This document shows, piece after piece, positions 58,067 through 64,000 of a stretch of 64,000 bases of DNA. The notes below the pieces were generated by a model. That model searched no databases. It was not told the origin of the DNA and saw only the letters and a program-made list of their open reading frames with translations. The stretch comes from Candidatus Coatesbacteria bacterium (GTDB lineage: Bacteria > RBG-13-66-14 > B26-G2 > JAUVZD01), in assembly GCA_030602715.1 (NCBI GenBank), contig JAUVZD010000007.1, forward strand, positions 13,581 through 77,580, given 5' to 3'. Position 1 is the stretch's first letter, and each line of letters opens with the position of its first letter. Made by a program: the position numbers and the translations under genes.

Positions 58067-59625
58067 ACCAAGGTTTCCATAAACCCCGCCTGGGGCTCTG
58101 GCTCTTCATCGCTCTGCTGGCGTTTAACCTGTGGGCGTATGATGGAGGTTCGGGAAGAGGTAGCGACGGCTACTATGTCTATCTTAGTGCCCTCTCGGTC
58201 ATTGAACAGGGGGAGATGAGCGTGGAGGAGAGCGGGTATTCTGAAAGCCTGGGCACAACCCGCACCCCACAGGGCGTTGATGGAAAGCTCTATCCCGCCT
58301 CCGGGGTGGGCTGGGTGGCTTCCCTCCTGCCTACCCTGGCTTTGGGGAAACTGATAACGCTATTGCCCCTGGCTACAACCAAAGCGGCGGTCACCAGCTT
58401 CTTCGCCGGTCTGATTATGCCCCTTGCCGGGGCAACGCTCGGCTTCCTGCTCTATGCATTCCTCCTGCGCTTGGGCGTGGGAAGGGGCGTCAGCCTATTA
58501 ATCGCCATCGCCGCCTCTCTCACCACCCCCCTGTGGGAATATAGCACAAGCGCCAGCTACAGCGAGATACTGCTCTCACTATCTCTATTTGCATCCTTCT
58601 ATTTCCTCCTCCGCTACCGCCAATCATCCGAGCTACACTGGCTCTTCCTCTCCTCCGCCGCCCTAGGCTATTCCATAACCATCAAATTTTATTCCCTCAT
58701 CCTGCTCATTCCACTGCTAATCTATCTCTGGCTGATCCTGCCCCATCCCCACAAAAAACGACCCCTGTGGCTGGCAATATATCTCATCCCCTTCCTGTGC
58801 GGAGTCTTCATGGTAATGACCGTCAACCTGCTCCACTTCGGAGCGGTATTCAATACCGGATATTCGCTGGAGGTGCAGACCCGCTCCATACCGCCCTTGG
58901 TGGGCATCTTCGGTCTTCTCCTCTCCCCGGGAGCAGGTCTGCTCTTCTACTTCCCCGCCTCCATCCTAGCTACAGTCGGCTTCGTCCATCTCCTGCGCCG
59001 CCACCGAGCGGAAGCTATCTTCATCCTGACCACCGCTATAGTATTGGTCGTCTTCTTCGGCAGATTGTGGTATTGGTCAGGCGACCCCTGCTACGGTCCC
59101 CGATATATTCTGCCCCTCATTCCCCTGGCCATGATACCCATCGGTCCGTTGTTGGAACGCCTGCGCAAACCAACCAGAATAACCTGGGTATTAATATTCT
59201 CCCTCCTGGGCTTATTCGCCGTCCTGCCGGGGATACTCCTATCCTGGAACTTTGAGGAAAGGATCATCCCCGCCGGGGGAATAAAATATTATCTTCCGGA
59301 ATGTTCCCCCATCTACACCGGCTGGCGCACCGTCGCCCTTACCGCCACCGCCGGAGTCGGCGCCGAACCACAGATTGTTACCTACGCCAACGGTCCCTGG
59401 CAACTGACGATACCCCCACAACCTGTGGGCAGTTTCTGGTATTCGCCGCTCTATCCGGAAAGCGAGGTCCACCCCTCCGTCGGCAAAGCGATGCTCGCCT
59501 TTGGTATCATCATCCCCATTATAGCGTGCTTGAGTATGCTCACTTTGGTTATCAGATACAGAAAGGCTATAGGCTCAAATCGCCACAACCGACAACACCC
59601 AGCGCCCAAAATAGATGCTCCTTGA
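58063..59625 (+). CDS. GT-C-like polytopic membrane protein, paralog 5
   Basis: Loop motif SDGYYVYLSALSVIEQGE is related to paralogs 1-3. Multi-TM. Confidence 0.5.
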   Translation: MNQGFHKPRLGLWLFIALLAFNLWAYDGGSGRGSDGYYVYLSALSVIEQGEMSVEESGYSESLGTTRTPQGVDGKLYPASGVGWVASLLPTLALGKLITLLPLATTKAAVTSFFAGLIMPLAGATLGFLLYAFLLRLGVGRGVSLLIAIAASLTTPLWEYSTSASYSEILLSLSLFASFYFLLRYRQSSELHWLFLSSAALGYSITIKFYSLILLIPLLIYLWLILPHPHKKRPLWLAIYLIPFLCGVFMVMTVNLLHFGAVFNTGYSLEVQTRSIPPLVGIFGLLLSPGAGLLFYFPASILATVGFVHLLRRHRAEAIFILTTAIVLVVFFGRLWYWSGDPCYGPRYILPLIPLAMIPIGPLLERLRKPTRITWVLIFSLLGLFAVLPGILLSWNFEERIIPAGGIKYYLPECSPIYTGWRTVALTATAGVGAEPQIVTYANGPWQLTIPPQPVGSFWYSPLYPESEVHPSVGKAMLAFGIIIPIIACLSMLTLVIRYRKAIGSNRHNRQHPAPKIDAP

Positions 59626-59720
59626 ACTTTAACTGCAAATTTGTATAATAATGGGGTAATTCTTTCCAGAAGCGAATTCCCAGGTATCCTTTAACCAACA
59701 TCTCATCCCGGGAGGTTGTT

Positions 59721-61040
59721 TTGGCAAGGAAGCGAGTACTCATCATGGGCGCCGCCGGGCGCGATTTCCACAATTTCAACACCTATTACCGCAATAATCC
59801 CGATAAAGAGGTGGTGGCTTTCACCGCCGCTCAAATCCCGGACATCTCCGACCGCATATATCCACAGGAGCTGTCCGGCTCCGCCTACCCCCAAGGCATT
59901 CCCATCTACCCGGAAGCCGAACTGGAGAAGTTGATAAAAAAACTGAATGTAGATGAGGTCACCTTCTCCTACAGCGATGTCAGTTACGACTATCTGATGC
60001 ACAAAGCCGCCCTGGTCAATTCCGCCGGAGCCGACTTCCTGCTACTAGGGCACGAATCCACCTCCCTGAAATCCAAAAAGCCGGTGGTATCCATCTGTGC
60101 GGTGCGCACCGGAAGTGGAAAGAGCCAGACCACCCGTCGGGTGGCGGACATCCTCCAAGAACACGGAAAAAAAGTGGCGGTGGTGCGCCACCCCATGCCC
60201 TACGGTGATTTGCGTAAGCAGATAGTTCAGCGCTTCACAACCCTTGCCGATTTGGATAAGCACAACTGCACCATTGAAGAGCGTGAAGAGTATGAGCCCC
60301 ACATCAACCGAGGGATGGTGGTCTATGCGGGAGTTGACTATGAGCTGATTCTTCGGGAGGTAGAGAAGGAAGTGGATGTAATACTCTGGGACGGCGGAAA
60401 CAACGACTTTCCCTTCTATGTGTCCAAATTGCACATCGTGGTGACCGACCCTTTGCGTGTGGGACATGAATTGAGATACTATCCCGGGGAGACCAACCTG
60501 CGTATGGCAGACTGTGCGGTAATCAACAAGGTTGATTCCGCCGACCTGGGTGAGGTGGAGAAACTGACCGAGAACATTCACTCGCTCAACCCCCAGGCTG
60601 ACATCGTAAAAGCGGAGAGCCCGGTAACCGTGCTCAACCCAGAAATCATCAAGGGAAAGCGGGTGCTGATCGTGGAGGACGGGCCGACCCTGACTCACGG
60701 AGAGATGAAATTTGGGGCCGGCTTCGTAGCCGCCCAAAAATACGAAGCTGCGGAGGTAGTTGACCCACGCCCCTATCTGGTGGGAAAACTGAAGCGCACC
60801 TTCCACAAATATCCGGAGATAGGCAAAGTCCTCCCGGCTATGGGCTACGACAAGGAGCAGGTTCAAGACCTGGCCAAGACCATTGAGAAGGCTAAAGCGG
60901 ACAGCGTCATCATCGGCACCCCCATAGACCTCGCTAACCTCTTCCCCATCAAGAAACCCCATACCCGTGTTTTATACGAGTTGAAAGAGATAGGCTCACC
61001 GAACCTAGCCGATATTCTAGAAAAGTATGATATAATTTAG
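59721..61040 (+). CDS. COG2403-family protein, a second paralog of cyclic 2,3-diphosphoglycerate synthetase
   Basis: VSICAVRTGSGKSQTTRRVADILQEHGKKVAVVRHPMPYGD aligns with the cpgS segment IIALGKRAGKTALTAHTARLLKEEGINPVVITMSRGGP. DVILWDGGNNDF aligns with DILIFEGSG. The length is similar (439 aa). Confidence 0.55.
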   Translation: MARKRVLIMGAAGRDFHNFNTYYRNNPDKEVVAFTAAQIPDISDRIYPQELSGSAYPQGIPIYPEAELEKLIKKLNVDEVTFSYSDVSYDYLMHKAALVNSAGADFLLLGHESTSLKSKKPVVSICAVRTGSGKSQTTRRVADILQEHGKKVAVVRHPMPYGDLRKQIVQRFTTLADLDKHNCTIEEREEYEPHINRGMVVYAGVDYELILREVEKEVDVILWDGGNNDFPFYVSKLHIVVTDPLRVGHELRYYPGETNLRMADCAVINKVDSADLGEVEKLTENIHSLNPQADIVKAESPVTVLNPEIIKGKRVLIVEDGPTLTHGEMKFGAGFVAAQKYEAAEVVDPRPYLVGKLKRTFHKYPEIGKVLPAMGYDKEQVQDLAKTIEKAKADSVIIGTPIDLANLFPIKKPHTRVLYELKEIGSPNLADILEKYDII

Positions 61041-61064
61041 GGTAACCCAGACAACCCGGAGTCA

Positions 61065-61613
61065 TTGTTGATGAAGTTTAAGTTCAAGGAAACTGTAATC
61101 CGTGTCCTTCAGGGGGATATCACCGCCCAGTCGGTCAATGCCCTGGTAAATGCCGCCAACTCCCAATTGTGGATGGGTTCCGGTGTGGCGGGAGCCATCA
61201 AACGAGCCGGGGGAGTTCAGATTGAGGAGGAAGCGAAAGCCCGAGGACCCATTGAGCCGGGGGAAGCGGTCGCCACAAGCGCCGGAAGACTGCCGGTCAA
61301 ATATATCATCCACGCTGCGGTAATGGGACCCGACCTGGTCACCGGCAGACAACTCATCTACAAATCCACTCACAGCGCTCTCCACAAAGCAGACCAACTG
61401 GGTGCCAGCAGTATCGCCTTTCCCGCTCTTGGTTGCGGAGTGGGGAAGATGAGCATCGCCGAAAGCGCCGAGGAGATGCTCCGTGCCCTCGGGGATTTCC
61501 TGGCGGGCAACAACAACATCGGCGAGGTGCGTTTCGTACTATGGGGTGATGAAGCATACCAGGAGTTCAAGCAAAGTGTGAAGAAATGGTCAAGAGAACA
61601 TCCACAGCCGTAA
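61065..61613 (+). CDS. Macro domain protein (ADP-ribose / O-acetyl-ADP-ribose binding or deacetylase)
   Basis: VLQGDITAQSVNALVNAANSQLWMGSGVAGAI ... SIAFPALGCGVG. Confidence 0.8.
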   Translation: MLMKFKFKETVIRVLQGDITAQSVNALVNAANSQLWMGSGVAGAIKRAGGVQIEEEAKARGPIEPGEAVATSAGRLPVKYIIHAAVMGPDLVTGRQLIYKSTHSALHKADQLGASSIAFPALGCGVGKMSIAESAEEMLRALGDFLAGNNNIGEVRFVLWGDEAYQEFKQSVKKWSREHPQP

Positions 61614-63343
61614 TTACCATTATAACTTTTCTCCTTACAACTGCCGTCTGTAGCGCCCAGATGAGCGCCGCCGAGCATTTCAACCTGGGGATGACCTTGG
61701 GTCAGGCGGGAAAATACGAACTGGCGGAGGAGCACTTTACCGCTGCGCTGGAGCTCTCCCCCCAACAATCGGCTTACATCACCGCCCTGGCAACCGCCCA
61801 GTTCTTCCAGGGGCAACTTTCAGATGCGGCGGAGAACTACCGCAGAGCGCTCTCCCTGAACGACTCCGATATGCTCGCCTCACTCAACCTGGGAATCATC
61901 TACTCCCGACTGGGTCAGTATGAGGAGGCTGTGGAGCAGTTTAAGGCACTGGCGGAACTGGACACGATAAGCTCCCTGCCCTATCACTATCTAGCTATCG
62001 CTTACGGACAGTTGGGTGAGCACGAGCAGGAGATGAGCGCCTTTGAGCAGGCACTGCACCGGGAGCCGGAGAACCCGGAGCTCATCATGGACTACGGTCT
62101 AACCCTGGCTACAACTGAGGATTATGAGGGCGCTCTGAACGCCTTTGAGCATGTCGTTGCTGTGGACCCGCTCAACATAGAAGCCCGTCGGCTACTTCAG
62201 GATGTCGCCGGCAAGCTGGGTGTGGAGTTAGAGCTGGAGCTACCCACAGGTGAAGAGCTTGCCGAGGCGGAGAAATATTTTCAGCAGGGTCTGGAGCTTG
62301 TCGCAGAGAAAAAGTTCTCCGAAGCGGCGAAAGCCTTTGAACTGGCGGTAAAAAACGACCCCCAGAACAGCTCCGCTCTGGTAGCATGGGGGGCGGCGCT
62401 GACCAACGCCGGAGACCTCTCCCGGGGCAGGGAGGTCCTGGAACAGACGGTGCTAAAATCGCCGGGCGACCAACTTGCCTGGTATAATCTGGGGATCAAC
62501 CTAGGCCTCGCCGGCTGGCTGGATGAGGCGGTAGGCGCCCTCACCAACTGCCTGGACATCAACGAGGACTTCGCCCCCGCCCACAGACAACTGGGGCGAA
62601 TATACTCAGCCCAGATGGTTCCCCTGCTGGCGGAGGAGGCTTACCAAACGGCGATCTCCCAGGACCCGGCATACTTGGAAGCACGAATGGACTTCGCCAT
62701 CTTCCTCATCGCCGGAGAGCGCTTTGACGACGCCCAGGAACAGATTGAGTATTCCGCCGAGCTCAACCCCGACGACCCCTATCTCCTCCTCATCCGTGGG
62801 TTACTTGCCTCCAAGCAGGATAAACCCAAAGAGGCGGAGAAGTGGCTGCGCAAATCCTTCCAGCTTGACGAGACCAATCCCCAGCCTCTGATATGTCTGG
62901 GGCTGATTCAACTGAAGCAGGGGAAAAGTAAGGATGCGGAGAAGAGTTTTACCACCGCTCTGGAGGTGGATGAAAACGACGCCGAGGTGTGGGCTGACCT
63001 GGGGGAGGCTTTGTTCGCCCAGGGGAAATACGACCAAGCCCGCCGAAGTTTCAACAAGGCAATCAGCAACAACCCTATACTCTTCCGCGCCTATCTGGGA
63101 TTGGGGCTGGTCAGTTGGGCTCTGGAGGACTTAGCAGGCGCAGTGGAGGATTTTCAGTGGGCGCTTGCGGTGGGTTTTTATACCGAGACCGGAAGCCGGT
63201 CGGTGATAAGCAACCTACCGGAGATGCTCCTGGAGGCGAAACGAGCCATCCTCAAGATGCAGGAAAGCGCCACTACCCCCCAGGAGGAGGGGATACTCAA
63301 TGGCATGATAGAGCAGTTGGAGGAGCTGGAAGCCGGACTGTAG
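61586..63343 (+). CDS. Secreted tetratricopeptide repeat (TPR) protein
   Basis: Signal peptide, then numerous 34-aa TPR units (A..Y/F..A pattern). Confidence 0.7.
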   Translation: MVKRTSTAVITIITFLLTTAVCSAQMSAAEHFNLGMTLGQAGKYELAEEHFTAALELSPQQSAYITALATAQFFQGQLSDAAENYRRALSLNDSDMLASLNLGIIYSRLGQYEEAVEQFKALAELDTISSLPYHYLAIAYGQLGEHEQEMSAFEQALHREPENPELIMDYGLTLATTEDYEGALNAFEHVVAVDPLNIEARRLLQDVAGKLGVELELELPTGEELAEAEKYFQQGLELVAEKKFSEAAKAFELAVKNDPQNSSALVAWGAALTNAGDLSRGREVLEQTVLKSPGDQLAWYNLGINLGLAGWLDEAVGALTNCLDINEDFAPAHRQLGRIYSAQMVPLLAEEAYQTAISQDPAYLEARMDFAIFLIAGERFDDAQEQIEYSAELNPDDPYLLLIRGLLASKQDKPKEAEKWLRKSFQLDETNPQPLICLGLIQLKQGKSKDAEKSFTTALEVDENDAEVWADLGEALFAQGKYDQARRSFNKAISNNPILFRAYLGLGLVSWALEDLAGAVEDFQWALAVGFYTETGSRSVISNLPEMLLEAKRAILKMQESATTPQEEGILNGMIEQLEELEAGL

Positions 63344-63365
63344 GCGCAATAAAAAAGCAGAAGCC

Positions 63366-63396
63366 AACCCCCTGCAATTACCCCAGGGGGGTTTAT
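63366..63396 (+). terminator. Rho-independent terminator after the TPR gene
   Basis: AACCCCCTG-caattacc-CCAGGGGGTT followed by TATTCTCTT. Confidence 0.55.
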
Positions 63397-63510
63397 TCTC
63401 TTCATCAGCCCGACAATAACATTCTGCATTACGCCACTTGAACTTTTTGATTATAAATGTTATATTATATATTTAATGCTCTTTTCCCCATTTAAAGGAG
63501 TGAATAGCAA

Positions 63511-64000
63511 TTGACCCCCCCAAAGAAGAAAAAGAGCTCAGCCAAAGTAAAAAGACCATCCCCGAAAGCTCCGAAGCAGAAGACTGCGGTCATCGCTCTG
63601 GGCGGGAATGCGATAATAAAGCCCGGTCAAGAGGGGACCATCGCCGAGCAGTTCGCCAACACCCGAGAGAGCCTCTCCGGTATCGTTGACCTGATTCGTG
63701 ACGGTTACAATGTAATCATCACCCACGGCAACGGTCCTCAGGTGGGCAACTACCTCATCCGGGATGAAGCCGCCTCCCATCTAGTTCCCCGCGTCCCTCT
63801 GGGTGTCTGTGTCGCCGGCACCGAAGGTGAGATGGGCTATATGATTGAGCAGAGCCTGCAGAACCGCCTGCATAAAGAGGGAATTGACCGCAAGGTGGTC
63901 ACCATCCTCACCCAGGTTTTGGTTGACGAGAACGACCCCGCAATGGAGGAACCAACCAAGTTCGTGGGACCATTCTTTGGGGAAAAAGACCTCCCCCGCA
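63511..64000 (+). CDS. arcC: Carbamate kinase, N-terminal part (continues beyond the window)
   Basis: KTAVIALGGNAIIKPGQEG...YNVIITHGNGPQVGNYL. An in-frame TTG at 63511 follows AAAGGAG; the track called the antisense ORF 63538..63780 instead. Confidence 0.75.
   Translation, partial: MTPPKKKKSSAKVKRPSPKAPKQKTAVIALGGNAIIKPGQEGTIAEQFANTRESLSGIVDLIRDGYNVIITHGNGPQVGNYLIRDEAASHLVPRVPLGVCVAGTEGEMGYMIEQSLQNRLHKEGIDRKVVTILTQVLVDENDPAMEEPTKFVGPFFGEKDLPR

Noticed and set aside
63538-63780. 80-aa minus-strand ORF
   Set aside because: It is antisense to a clear carbamate kinase reading frame on the plus strand.
1-64000. CRISPR arrays, rRNA genes, IS elements or integrases
   Set aside because: No regularly spaced direct repeats, rRNA-like sequence, transposase or integrase ORFs were found. 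The low-GC islets lack flanking direct repeats that I could see.

Overview
This is a 64 kb window of a bacterial chromosome, about 58% GC, with strong coding density on both strands. Products were recognised from conserved motifs in the translated ORFs; no similarity search was run. A protease with a type IX secretion (T9SS) C-terminal tail, a CBM9/DUF5916 protein and many sigma70-consensus promoters suggest an FCB-group-like lineage, but this is inference. Main content, in order: partial thrS and tRNA-Val(GAC); an archaeal-type cyclic 2,3-diphosphoglycerate (cDPG) operon (2-phosphoglycerate kinase, cDPG synthetase, archaeal-type phosphoglycerate mutase); CBS protein, PspA and a membrane partner; a single-gene AT-rich island encoding a GmrSD-like DUF262/DUF1524 nuclease; a split MgtE-N/CBS sensor followed by an NRAMP-related transporter with a DAGG variant motif; a citryl-CoA lyase-like protein, an AlkZ/YcaQ-like protein and an aldo/keto reductase. 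A locus follows with GT-C (PMT_2/ArnT-like) membrane glycosyltransferase paralogs (five in the window), GlmS and a GT4, flanking three tandem secreted beta-propeller-like genes. Each of the three ends in the same 'SLGYIKA(L/I)MSE' tail and sits in a repeated cassette of CDS 3' end, terminator and promoter. After that come rpe, a PASTA protein, rsmB, a legumain-like C13 peptidase with a T9SS tail, an AT-rich PD40 lipoprotein, a small-ORF plus nucleotidyltransferase TA-like pair, rpoZ, a SurA-like PPIase, a heat-shock cluster (hsp20-lon, groES-groEL with a sigma54-type promoter), ddl, a HAD-kinase fusion, a second COG2403 (cDPG synthetase-like) paralog, a macro domain protein, a TPR protein and partial carbamate kinase. 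No rRNA or CRISPR array was seen.
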